A stretch of DNA of 58,862 nt, from the NCBI GenBank assembly GCA_030153385.1, contig JASKJN010000001.1, forward strand, positions 1 through 58,862. Direction: 5' to 3'. Positions within the stretch are counted from its first letter, which is position 1, and each line of letters opens with the position of its first letter. The position numbers and the translations under genes are program-made. The DNA comes from Archaeoglobaceae archaeon (GTDB taxonomy: Archaea > Halobacteriota > Archaeoglobi > Archaeoglobales > Archaeoglobaceae). Positions 41,601 through 49,206 of this stretch are shown in pieces. The notes under the pieces were generated by a model. It was given only the letters and a program-made list of their open reading frames with translations, had not been told where the DNA came from and did not search any database.

Positions 41601-42957
41601 CTGGACTATCAATACCCGTAATGTTCAAGGTTTTGTCAACCCAAACATTCTCAACATAGGTGCCGTTGCAAACAACAATTGTATCTCCATCAATTGAAGC
41701 ATTCACAGCATCCTGTATTTTTGTAAAACTAGCCTCAGGACACTGCAAACCGTCATCATCTACAATCCATGTCCCTGGATTTCTTGTAGTTGTGAAGCTC
41801 CTAATTGAGCTGTTTGAGAAGAGGCTTGCGTTGTCCACTCTATATGAGAAAACTGAGTAGTAATAAGTGGTGTTGGCAAGCAGACCAGTTAAATTTATAG
41901 AGGGAGTCTGAGTATAATTCTCCCACTCTGACCAGCTTGAAGAAGAGAGATCTGGATTTAAACTGTAGAGTATTCTATTATTTGTTAAAACATTCGTCTG
42001 CCAGCTTATTCTTATGCTTGAATTCGTTAAATCCCTTTCCTGAATGTTGCTAATTAAAGGTGGAAAAGGAATTTCGAGGAGCATTGGATAGTAATCTTTT
42101 GCCTGTAAACTTGGCACTATGAGAATAAGTTGTATGGGCCCTTCACCACCCTCTTCGCCTTCTGAAGTGGGTATCTTGTAAGGCGTATCTCCTATGCCAT
42201 CTCCATTAGCATCAACTCCAGTGTAATCATCCCAGTAGTTACCCGTGTAGTTTTGATAAACAACTCCCTGATAAGTATAAGATTGAGTATTCGTGGAGTT
42301 CCAGTTATTCTCTATGGAATTATCAAGTGCATTTTGAGAATTGTTTAGGAAGCGATTTAGGTAAATCAAGTTGTTGTAGCAGCCTTGTTGAATGTAAATA
42401 CCGTAACTTCCATTTATAATTGTGTTGTTAATGATTGTGTTGTTAAATGAAGAATCGATAAAATCAATTCCATACCTGTTATTTGTAATTGTGTTGTTTT
42501 CTATACGGCTGAAATTTGCAAATTCAAGCTTAATGCCATCATATGTATTTTTAATTATGTTGTTAAAGATACCTGTGTAATTGGAGTATCCCACATCTAT
42601 TCCGTTATTACTTCTCGCGTCTCCTCCAGTTATCGTAAAGCCAGTTATATTCACATGGTCAGCATTAACCTGAATGACATCCTCATTTATGTCAAAGGCC
42701 TGAATCATGCAATTTGTTGAACCATTCTCCGATTCCAGAGTTAGGGTCTTATTAATGACAATGTTCTCCACGTATGTCCCATCCCTTACAACAATTTTAT
42801 TGCCATCACTTACATTGTCAATAGCCCACTGAATCTTGGTGTAATTGTCTGGAACTATAATGGCCTCATTTTGTGCAAAAGAAGCATTGGTGTCCCATAC
42901 TACCGAATACAGCAGTATTAGACTAATTAGCGTAAATTTGAGCTTCATAACTCTCAT
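35650..42957 (-). CDS. Giant (2,435 aa) secreted multi-domain surface protein: 2 NosD/PbH1 beta-helices, FN3-like and Ig/Big_1-like modules, and unassigned C-terminal regions
   Basis: Uninterrupted 7.3-kb ORF. Signal peptide MRVMKLKFTLISLILLYSVVWDTNASFAQ. GNYWDDYTGVDANGDGIGDTPY and GGNYWHDYTGMDTIGGDGLGDTEVPY cap the two beta-helices. G7 linker, and dozens of N-x-S/T sequons. Confidence 0.85.
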   Translation of the reverse strand: MRVMKLKFTLISLILLYSVVWDTNASFAQNEAIIVPDNYTKIQWAIDNVSDGNKIVVRDGTYVENIVINKTLTLESENGSTNCMIQAFDINEDVIQVNADHVNITGFTITGGDARSNNGIDVGYSNYTGIFNNIIKNTYDGIKLEFANFSRIENNTITNNRYGIDFIDSSFNNTIINNTIINGSYGIYIQQGCYNNLIYLNRFLNNSQNALDNSIENNWNSTNTQSYTYQGVVYQNYTGNYWDDYTGVDANGDGIGDTPYKIPTSEGEEGGEGPIQLILIVPSLQAKDYYPMLLEIPFPPLISNIQERDLTNSSIRISWQTNVLTNNRILYSLNPDLSSSSWSEWENYTQTPSINLTGLLANTTYYYSVFSYRVDNASLFSNSSIRSFTTTRNPGTWIVDDDGLQCPEASFTKIQDAVNASIDGDTIVVCNGTYVENVWVDKTLNITGIDSPVVNANGIGSGFTLKSNGNIIQGFYINNSGYGTCNGAVRYSGIKVGYTTYLVTGPGDCIMITDHESTDNIIRNNTFNQSGIFIVKGYLSSSDRNLIANNTFISSYLEIEGSKYNIITSNTFMEGEYSKKYISIEGLSYKHAIGNRIENNTFTKNVSDSTPILWINSFAEQNIVSGNELSGYGGIRVDSDDNQIINNRISGWIPIIKDDAGIKINHASDCIISNNTVEYKYTGVEILSSSADEYSTNLTLRNNSLSDNKYNFYIDPGYYEGSWGGVVDADFDLDIDTSNTVNGLKIYYLKNESNKVFNLTTLPQAGFFACINCSNIKLEGLGFNANSHGVLLYKTKDSMISVFSAHHALSGVAVYSSTNITIINSTLTSNGEEGQSDILNWGTGIYFGKTNSSQIINCEISNNEIRGITFDYSHNSSIINSEVENNGDSTRTGIYAINPIGLYFYESDNNTVSSCNITGTATKQKYGIYLSYSNNNTIYNNYFNNTINAHDYGNNIWNITKTAGTNIINGPYLGGNYWHDYTGMDTIGGDGLGDTEVPYNSNGEIRNGGDCLPLTNVAPDFTPPSIYIVSPVEGRTYTATYVYLEVYSPDPDTYKWWYNLNSGANVTFTPNTTINGLSNGAYTLKVYVNDTARNVNSSTVNFTISVPATPSGGGGGGGSYEYVPLPTLEEVTEPEFKILITNPENKFYSQRELNLSFISPLPLKRASYILDQKEPETISLAPYATSGTKEITRLSLGVHRIVVNGEDYYGKKGRGEVEFEIIPITLGEVERAGTLTSPRFIDDVAFSFYGRTVDYTLKFEAKGEVNIDIYMNKYWRDGIQSYRDLHGSLIYSLQPSPSYQSYEIPISYEEITADAENIISFISENVGSGAKDWEIKNVSLIPSLPFSFPQIKVFTYDKAISENESMTAYVKIDGIINESDYSAYIYLQTLDGKRLYYPDWSEEERPIDSYYLRTNYYGRLPSILKFDSKFTQGTYILIGKINEVNSDTPISLSTEKIYYSNQTSVKVYINREIFSENQGIIVEHMLTGNGTENGTLILSMEDPSGEQVYLPAISAKASGREYRPIKSDYFVAVDGAVGSDWEEGMYIIRSNLFSEKGDLIADDISTFDVCRKPAMVSGVYLRNADDDDASAFILSRIRLIDFYTLEITDREFTGDHYGYSITTLPGKYYLTGEAYSKEGKVYHIPMVQISLSCGENLTRNLILEYSGEIDLDWLSSTASPKYLSSPLKSSCYSELRFNGFEGNDEDKCSKPKIIIYVDITERARNKLLQEYPGDTPETLKRYFAKELKEILLKMTTDVIIYTEFERLDILREQESYLIQNPGAETDLSKFKQTTDVEYLIGLDIDHLSVKPSEITYFGENSTREGYEGYILKSELVDLDVGPLVVWGAESKNRNIQRAIYEIVNGPDPFLSYGDIASHIKLHETYNPLPPRGETSLLITLTPESVTFEEGRDKAEIKVELKNCRGEPVKGAKVYFKEITDRGQVKAEGTASPGSPYSGYVYSTTDSEGIARAEYQLVSSKGVKAGVDKIEVFTMERGREEKHSLAIIKIAGIGIEIKAEKDEIAPRQDTNLHAYLYKEELTGEKIPLSGRPILIEKYALLDGKVVPLGATDSHGNPVTDTNGMAAIKFIAGEKVGIAKIPAVYQAFGYEFAPRDEAFIKIKEEEFVVLIEWKQNFAYTSNWVDSASGCSGTEIETCGAHTITFNIGGSYRYNFKSKTIWERTSGSERTFADLTFNRQYSWQESWSQDWSLTTPLSRERSSGGGTSSGNVHLSLSSTLRNAPTAIIKEDIRSGNIYISVNPIQLQMSILGEGIGSRGEFYSSAGSSIDYESDCTSSFYNSGSESSTHRVSYYADSIENSMSSSWSGVSNLVIRCPGRTNEYPESGSSSGTHSWSLDRGWSSNPNVGAICCGHELQYSDYILTGYSLTPEYAVLKKTGKDSWEPFEHHYQYSVNYERGDFARKAEINADIKIRVVKQ

Positions 42958-43299
42958 ACGCTCACCGATTGTTGTTTCATATCGATGATTGAGAAGCAGC
43001 AAACAGAAATGTGTTTGCAACTCCTCCCTTGATTGTTAAGACAAAACAATAAAAAACTTTCTACAAAGTTAAGATATTATACTTATGATTTTAAAAAGGT
43101 AATATGTTTATTTCACGAGTACAGGGATACCATAAGAATAAGTCAGAATTCATTGCTGACAGGTCTTCTCCTTGTTTGATGCTTTCAAATAATTTACACA
43201 GCCCGAACCCGGTAGGATGAAGCTCTGCAGACAAACCGGGAATCTCCCGGCTTTAGCCGTGGAGAATGTCAATACGAATCCTACGAGCTAAAATAACGA

Positions 43300-43330
43300 G
43301 AAGGGCTAAAAAAGGAAAAGTAAACAAGAA
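43300..43330 (-). terminator. Oligo-T tract downstream of rbcL (candidate archaeal terminator)
   Basis: The minus strand reads TTGTTTACTTTTCCTTTTTTAGCCC directly after the rbcL stop (T6 = A6 at 43308-43313 on +). Confidence 0.35.
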
Positions 43331-43334
43331 TATA

Positions 43335-44633
43335 TCAAATCGGAGCTCCAAATCCCCATCTCTCTAACGCTCTTGCAAGCTCTTTGTGACTCTTAGCATA
43401 TTCTTCAATAGGTATGCCGAGCATAATCGCATCCAGAGCCTGTCTCACTGCTTTAGCGCCCGCTTTTGCCCCGTCTGGATGTCCAAGCACGCCACCGCCT
43501 ATTTGCAAGACAAGGTCCTTGCCAAGCGTCTCCACAACCCCACTGAGAACTCCGGGATGTAGACCACCAGAAGATGTTGGCATGGCGGGTTTTATGTTCT
43601 CAAAATCCTGATCGAAGTGCAGAGGATCCGTTTTACAGTATTTTTCTCCTCTAAGAAGTTTTGCAAGTTCAATTGTCTCGAGCTTTTTCCCCTCAAGCTT
43701 TCCATAGCCCGCAGTACCGATGTGTAGCTGGTCTATGCCAATAACGCGGAACAGCTTTGCCAAAGTGAACATCGAAATACCGTGATCGTGTCTTGTAAAA
43801 GCCGCATGCATTGCTCTGTGCCCGTGAATTGCTAAACCATAATCTCCAGCAAGATCTCGGATATACGTCAGCGCGCTCCAGCCCGTCACAACGACGTCGA
43901 CCATTACATATGGATTGCCATATTCAGAAACCATCTTCATCCTTTTCTCCATTTCCCTGATATCCGCTGTGACGTTTGCGAACCAGGCCTTTTTCTCCCC
44001 AGTCTCCTTTTCAACTCTCTCAATAACCTTCATTATCCTTCTGCACCTATCCTCGAACTTGCAGAATTCTGGACTTGTTAGGTTTTCATCATCCTTTATA
44101 TAGTCGAGACCGCTGGAAAGCAAATCGTAGGCCAATTTCTCTACTTCCTCCGCGGAATAACCAACCTTAGGCTTAGGAACTGTTCCAACGATCGGTCTGT
44201 CAACGTTAAAGATCTTTTTAACCTCCAGTCCCTTCAGAGGACCTTTGAATTGTTTCAAAAAGCTCTTTGGAAAATATATGTCTTCAATCCTCAGCTTTTC
44301 AACCCTTCGCATTCCAAAGATGTTTCCCGCCACAGAAGCCAGGAAGCCCGGAATATTCGCCATCTCGAAAAGCTCAACTGGATACGCGATCTTTACGTTC
44401 CAATAGTCTCCACACTTCAAGAACTCGTATGCCTTGGCAGAGAGTTCTTTTACCCTTTTTCCATCGAACCACTCCGTAAGCGTTGTCCAGGTCCCGGTGG
44501 AACTTTCAGCAGCTATAGCCCCAGCACATTCCTCGATCGTGAAATTTTCTGCGGGTTTGACTTTGAAAGATACCAAAAACTCCTTATTGGGATTTGGTTT
44601 GTATTCCTTATCTACATAATCCAAGTACTCCAT
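43335..44633 (-). CDS. rbcL: Ribulose-1,5-bisphosphate carboxylase/oxygenase large subunit, form III
   Basis: AAESSTGTWT, GTVPKPKVGYS, DYIKDDENL, GHRAMHAA and HIGTAGYGKLEG. The conserved N-terminus MEYLDYVDKEYKP begins at ATG 44633. No small-subunit gene. Confidence 0.9.
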   Translation of the reverse strand: MEYLDYVDKEYKPNPNKEFLVSFKVKPAENFTIEECAGAIAAESSTGTWTTLTEWFDGKRVKELSAKAYEFLKCGDYWNVKIAYPVELFEMANIPGFLASVAGNIFGMRRVEKLRIEDIYFPKSFLKQFKGPLKGLEVKKIFNVDRPIVGTVPKPKVGYSAEEVEKLAYDLLSSGLDYIKDDENLTSPEFCKFEDRCRRIMKVIERVEKETGEKKAWFANVTADIREMEKRMKMVSEYGNPYVMVDVVVTGWSALTYIRDLAGDYGLAIHGHRAMHAAFTRHDHGISMFTLAKLFRVIGIDQLHIGTAGYGKLEGKKLETIELAKLLRGEKYCKTDPLHFDQDFENIKPAMPTSSGGLHPGVLSGVVETLGKDLVLQIGGGVLGHPDGAKAGAKAVRQALDAIMLGIPIEEYAKSHKELARALERWGFGAPI

Positions 44634-44740
44634 ACAAATCATCTGTTTTTGGACTAAATATTTTTGCAACCTCTAATCATAACTATAACTATTGTTCCTA
44701 ATAATTTTTATTGATGTTAAATTATATGTTTTTGACGTAA

Positions 44741-44750
44741 AATTTAAATA
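44741..44750 (+). promoter_or_regulatory. Candidate TATA box for the qmoC-like/hdrA/mvh operon
   Basis: AATTTAAATA lies about 60 nt upstream of the ATG at 44809. A GGAGAGTGG Shine-Dalgarno-like element is at 44795-44803. Confidence 0.3.
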
Positions 44751-44808
44751 TTGGATTAGCCCATACAAAAGATAGAAATTAGTTATTTAGATTTGGAGAG
44801 TGGTTTGA

Positions 44809-45927
44809 ATGGCTGGAGGAAGTGAGTTTATTTCGATAAACCCTAGTTTGAACAGGGAAGTTTTTAAACTCGGAGGCAAGAGTCTCTTAGAATGCTACCA
44901 GTGCGGTTCTTGCACCGCAGTGTGTCCGCTCGCTGAAGAGCTTAATGTAAGCTTCAGAAGGGCTATAAGGTATACACAGCTTGGAGTGGAGGAGAAAATT
45001 CTTGGAGATATCTCTCCCTGGTCATGCAACCTCCATGGGGATTGCACCGACAGCTGTCCGCGCGGAGCAAGTCCTTCAGAGATCTTGGCTGCTATAAGGA
45101 GATATCAGGCAAATAAATACGACTGGACGGGACTTGCGAGGTGGTGGAACAATTCTTCCCTTACAGCGAAGATTTTAACTTATCTTGCATTCTTCGCCAT
45201 TTCACTGCTATTTTACTTCGGGATCTACTGGCAGAAAATTCTGCAATTCGCTTCCACAGGTAAACTTGTGATACTCTCGGAGCTCCTGATTCCGGTCGTA
45301 GCGGTATTCGTGGTTGCGTTGGTAATCTTGGCTCCAAGCGGTTACAGAGCTTACAGATTCATGATCAAAGATAAGAAGAAGGAAGTTGGCTTTTTCAAAT
45401 CTCTGAAACTCATTGCAAACTTCTTCATTAAGCTCGAAACTGAATCGATGGGCGTTCCGCACAAAAGGGATAGAATTCTTGAGCACGTTTTAATCTTGGT
45501 CGGTCTGGGGCTTTTCATTCTGCTTGCAATTATCTATCTCGTCTTCCCGAAGTTCTTTGAGTTCGAAATAATCTCCAAGGCATTAATATACATAGCATCT
45601 CTTTCCCTTCTCATAGGCGTCGGTTCTCCACTAACCAAAAGGCTAATGGCTTCGGAAAAAACGCACTGGTATTACAAAAAGTTCAGACATCCAACGGACT
45701 GGATGTCTCTGATAACCTTGTTCCCCGTCGCACTCATGGCCCTTCTCGTCTTTGTCTTCTACGACCTCTCAATGATCCTATACGCCTACATAGCGTTTGC
45801 ACTGCTTCTCATTTTCCTAATACCGTTCCTGTTGCTCGAATTTGCCTTTGGAAAGCACACTCACTGGCTTTACAAGATCATCGCCTACTATGTAGGCGCC
45901 CGTACAGGATATTTCAGAGGTGATTGA
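44809..45927 (+). CDS. QmoC-like protein: HdrC-like FeS domain fused to a ~6-helix HdrE/NarI-like membrane domain
   Basis: CYQCGSCTAVCP and CNLHGDCTDSCP cluster motifs. These are followed by about six hydrophobic helices with His-containing junctions (RILEHVLIL, KFRHPTDW, FGKHTHWLYK). Confidence 0.65.
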   Translation: MAGGSEFISINPSLNREVFKLGGKSLLECYQCGSCTAVCPLAEELNVSFRRAIRYTQLGVEEKILGDISPWSCNLHGDCTDSCPRGASPSEILAAIRRYQANKYDWTGLARWWNNSSLTAKILTYLAFFAISLLFYFGIYWQKILQFASTGKLVILSELLIPVVAVFVVALVILAPSGYRAYRFMIKDKKKEVGFFKSLKLIANFFIKLETESMGVPHKRDRILEHVLILVGLGLFILLAIIYLVFPKFFEFEIISKALIYIASLSLLIGVGSPLTKRLMASEKTHWYYKKFRHPTDWMSLITLFPVALMALLVFVFYDLSMILYAYIAFALLLIFLIPFLLLEFAFGKHTHWLYKIIAYYVGARTGYFRGD

Positions 45928-45928
45928 A

Positions 45929-47260
45929 ATGAGTTCCGTCTTAATCGTGGGTGGTGGGGTAGCGGGAATTCAGGCTGCTTTGGACTTGGCGGAGCAGGGG
46001 ATCGAAGTTTATCTCGTAGACAAAGCTCCAAGCGTTGGCGGAAAGATGGCATACCTTGACAAAACTTTTCCCACTCTTGACTGCGCCTCTTGTATCTTGG
46101 CACCAAAGATGGCTGCACTACTGAGATATCCCAACATAAAACTGATAATGAATTCTGAAGTGCTGGAAGTAAGTGGCAGAGCGGGAAACTTTAGGGTTAA
46201 GATTCTTAAAAAGCCCACTTATGTTGACTGGAGCAAGTGCAACGGTTGCGGAGTTTGCACTGAGAAATGCCCAACTAAGGTTCCGAATGAATACAACATG
46301 GGCTTATCGCAAAGAAGGGCCATTTATATAATGTTCCCGCAGGCGGTTCCCAAGAGGGCGATCATCGATGCGGAACACTGCATTAGGTTAAATCCACCGC
46401 CTAAAGCAAAAGAAAAAGCAAAGGGACCGCTGTGCGGGGTTTGCGAAAGAAATTGTCCGACAAAGGCAATCAGATACGACCAACAGCCAGAGATCATAGA
46501 TCTAAACGTCGCTGCAATTATAATAGCAACCGGAATGGAACTCTACGATCCGAAGAACTTGCCTGAGCTTGGCTACGGAAAGCATCAGAACGTTTATACG
46601 AACTTGGAATTCGAGAGATTGGTTTCTGCAACAGGCCCAACTAACGGAGAAATTGTAAGGAAATCGGACGGAAAGCATCCGAGGAAGATTGCATGGATTC
46701 AGTGCGTCGGTTCGAGAGATGTTAGGTTCAACCACTACTGCTCTGCTTACTGCTGTATGGCTGCGACGAAGCAGGCTATTTTAGCAAAGGAGCATTTGCC
46801 CAACGTTGAATGCACAGTTTATTATATGGACATAAGAGCTTTCGGCAAAGGCTTCAACGAGTTCCTTGAGAGAGCAAAGAAGGAGTTCGGAGTCAGATAC
46901 ATTCGCGGAAAAGTCAGGATCGATGAAATCCCAGAAAGCAAGAACCTTAAGATCGTTTACGAGGATACAGCAGAAAGCTACCTCAAGACTGAAGAATACG
47001 ACATGGTCGTTCTGTCCATGGCGGTAACACCAAACTCTAAACTCTCCATACCCTTAGAGCTTGCAGAGGGTGGTTTCATAAAGCTGAAGAATCCGTATCT
47101 GGATCCCGTTTCAACCACGATTGAGGGAATCTTTGTTGTTGGAGCGGTTGCGGGAGCAAAAGATATCCCTGACTCGGTAACTGAAGCGAGTGCTGCAGCT
47201 GCAAGAGCAGCACTGATTGCAAAAAGATTGGCCTGCCCGACTCCGGAGGTGGTTAAATGA
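45929..47260 (+). CDS. Truncated HdrA-like flavoprotein (QmoA-like): FAD domain plus inserted ferredoxin
   Basis: VLIVGGGVAGIQAALDLA dinucleotide motif, CNGCGVCTEKCP and CGVCERNCP. Compared with the next gene it lacks the N-terminal Cys-rich domain and the C-terminal ferredoxin. GAGGTGA lies 6 nt before the ATG. Confidence 0.8.
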   Translation: MSSVLIVGGGVAGIQAALDLAEQGIEVYLVDKAPSVGGKMAYLDKTFPTLDCASCILAPKMAALLRYPNIKLIMNSEVLEVSGRAGNFRVKILKKPTYVDWSKCNGCGVCTEKCPTKVPNEYNMGLSQRRAIYIMFPQAVPKRAIIDAEHCIRLNPPPKAKEKAKGPLCGVCERNCPTKAIRYDQQPEIIDLNVAAIIIATGMELYDPKNLPELGYGKHQNVYTNLEFERLVSATGPTNGEIVRKSDGKHPRKIAWIQCVGSRDVRFNHYCSAYCCMAATKQAILAKEHLPNVECTVYYMDIRAFGKGFNEFLERAKKEFGVRYIRGKVRIDEIPESKNLKIVYEDTAESYLKTEEYDMVVLSMAVTPNSKLSIPLELAEGGFIKLKNPYLDPVSTTIEGIFVVGAVAGAKDIPDSVTEASAAAARAALIAKRLACPTPEVVK

Positions 47261-49206
47261 CCGAACCGAGAATAGGTGTTTACGTCTGTCACTGCGGTTT
47301 TAACATTGCAGGCACTGTGGACGTGAAAAAGGTTGCAGAGTATGCAAAAACTCTTCCAAACGTTGTGGTTGCGAGGGATTACGTTTTCATGTGTTCTGAA
47401 CCAGGACAGGATCTTATCAAGCAGGACATAAAGGAGCACAATCTGAACAGAGTTGTTGTGGCCTCATGTTCCCCCTCATTGCACGAGGTGACTTTCAGAA
47501 CTGCTGTAGCGGAAGCTGGGCTGAACAAGTATCTTATGGAAATGGCAAACATCAGAGAGCACTGCTCTTGGGTGCATCACGACAAAGAGAAGGCAACGGA
47601 AAAGGCCAAGGAAATCGTAAGGATGGCTGTAGCAAAGGCGAGATACTTAGATCCCTTGGAGGAACTTGAAGTTAAGGCTGAACAGAGTGCTTTGGTTTTA
47701 GGAGGAGGAGTTGCTGGGCTAAGAGCAGCTCTCGAGCTCGCAAATTATGGTTTACAAGTTTACTTGGTTGAAAAAAGCCCGACGATAGGAGGAAAAGCGG
47801 CGCTAATAGGTTACGTGGATCCGAAGACAAAGGGGGCTGAAATTGTCAGCAAGATGTTCGAACTGATAAAAGAGTGTCCCAGAATACATATTTTCACGAA
47901 CTCTGAGCTTATACAGCTCAGTGGATTCGCCGGGAATTATACAGCCAAGATCAGAGTTAATCCGAGGTATGTTACAGAGAAGTGCACTTTATGCGGAGAA
48001 TGCGAGGAAGTCTGTCCTATTGAGATTTCGAATGAATACAATTTCGGATTGAATAAGAGAAAGGCGATATTCCTGCCATTTAACAACGCATACCCGCCTT
48101 ACTATGCAATAGACCACAGAGTCTGCGTGAAATGCGGAGAATGCGAGAAGGTTTGCAGGTTTGGTGCTATAAATCTCAAGCAAGAACCAAAAATTGTAGA
48201 GCTTAAAGTTGGTGCATTAGTCATTGCAACGGGCTACGATCCATACAGACCATTCAAGGGAGAATACGGGTATGGCTTGCATGAGAGCATAATAACGCTA
48301 TTCCAGCTCGCAAGGATGCTTGACCCCGAAAGTCCGACAAAGGGCGAGCTGATAATTGGAGGAAAGATACCAAAGAGCATTGCATTCATCCAGTGCGTTG
48401 GTTCGAGGAACACAACGCCTGGAGCAAAGGAATACTGCTCAAGAATGTGCTGTACAACCGCGATAAATAACGCAATCAAGATCAAGGAAAAGTATCCAGA
48501 CACGAATGTTTACATAATCTACAAGGACATAATGACCTACGGTAGCGATGAGTCGCTCTACGAAGAGGCTGGTAAAAAGCTTGTTCAGTTCGTAAAATTC
48601 GAGGATAAGATTCCCAGGGTCTTGATAACTCCAGAAGGGTTGTTCATCGAGGTCTTTGAATATACAATCCAGGAAAATATAAGAATCCCCGTCGATGCGA
48701 TCGTTCTCTCCATAGGCATGCTTCCACCAAGAGACATTGAAGAGCTGATCGCGGTAACGAGAGTTAGCTGTGGTGGAGAGGGATTTGTCAGAGAAGCGCA
48801 CTTGAAGTTGGCTCCAGTAGAGGCTCCAACAAAAGGCATCTTCTTAGCTGGATGCATAACTGGACCAAAGAACATTCTCGAAAGCATAAGGATGGGTTCA
48901 GCTGCAGCAGCAAAGGCGATGTCATTGCTCTCAAAAGGTAAAATAACTATTGAGCCAATGATAGCTCAGGTAAACGAGGAGAAGTGCAGTGGATGTGCGA
49001 TATGCGTTGGCGTCTGCCCGTATTCCGCGATCTCAATCAAGAATGTAAACGGAGACAGGGTTGCGTATGTTGAAAAAGCCCTTTGCATGGGCTGTGGAAC
49101 CTGCAATGCAGCCTGTCCAAGCGGGGCAATGCAGCATCTGGGTTTCAAGGACGTTCAGCTACTGGCTCAGACACGGGCGGTATTTGGAGGTGAGGTGAAT
49201 GTCTGA
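47257..49206 (+). CDS. hdrA: Heterodisulfide reductase subunit A (full-length HdrA-type flavoprotein)
   Basis: N-terminal IGVYVCHCGFNIAG domain, GGGVAGLRAALELA FAD motif, inserted ferredoxin (CTLCGECEEVCP, CVKCGECEKVC) and C-terminal CSGCAICVGVCP / CMGCGTCNAACP. 649 aa. Confidence 0.9.
   Translation: MTEPRIGVYVCHCGFNIAGTVDVKKVAEYAKTLPNVVVARDYVFMCSEPGQDLIKQDIKEHNLNRVVVASCSPSLHEVTFRTAVAEAGLNKYLMEMANIREHCSWVHHDKEKATEKAKEIVRMAVAKARYLDPLEELEVKAEQSALVLGGGVAGLRAALELANYGLQVYLVEKSPTIGGKAALIGYVDPKTKGAEIVSKMFELIKECPRIHIFTNSELIQLSGFAGNYTAKIRVNPRYVTEKCTLCGECEEVCPIEISNEYNFGLNKRKAIFLPFNNAYPPYYAIDHRVCVKCGECEKVCRFGAINLKQEPKIVELKVGALVIATGYDPYRPFKGEYGYGLHESIITLFQLARMLDPESPTKGELIIGGKIPKSIAFIQCVGSRNTTPGAKEYCSRMCCTTAINNAIKIKEKYPDTNVYIIYKDIMTYGSDESLYEEAGKKLVQFVKFEDKIPRVLITPEGLFIEVFEYTIQENIRIPVDAIVLSIGMLPPRDIEELIAVTRVSCGGEGFVREAHLKLAPVEAPTKGIFLAGCITGPKNILESIRMGSAAAAKAMSLLSKGKITIEPMIAQVNEEKCSGCAICVGVCPYSAISIKNVNGDRVAYVEKALCMGCGTCNAACPSGAMQHLGFKDVQLLAQTRAVFGGEVNV

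Noticed and set aside
42958-43020. N-terminal extensions offered by the ORF track: TTG 43020 for the giant gene, and similarly 35761, 22099, 19660, 44669, 12077, 7334 and 7992.
   Set aside because: The extensions run through upstream genes or spacers and start at TTG/GTG. Internal ATGs give a signal peptide or the conserved family N-terminus. These ATGs often form an ATGA overlap with the upstream stop or follow a GGTGA-like element.
43212-43284. Tested whether the 73-nt hairpin is a tRNA or tRNA fragment.
   Set aside because: With the 7-bp closing stem as acceptor, neither strand yields D, anticodon or T arms. It is kept only as a generic structured-element candidate.
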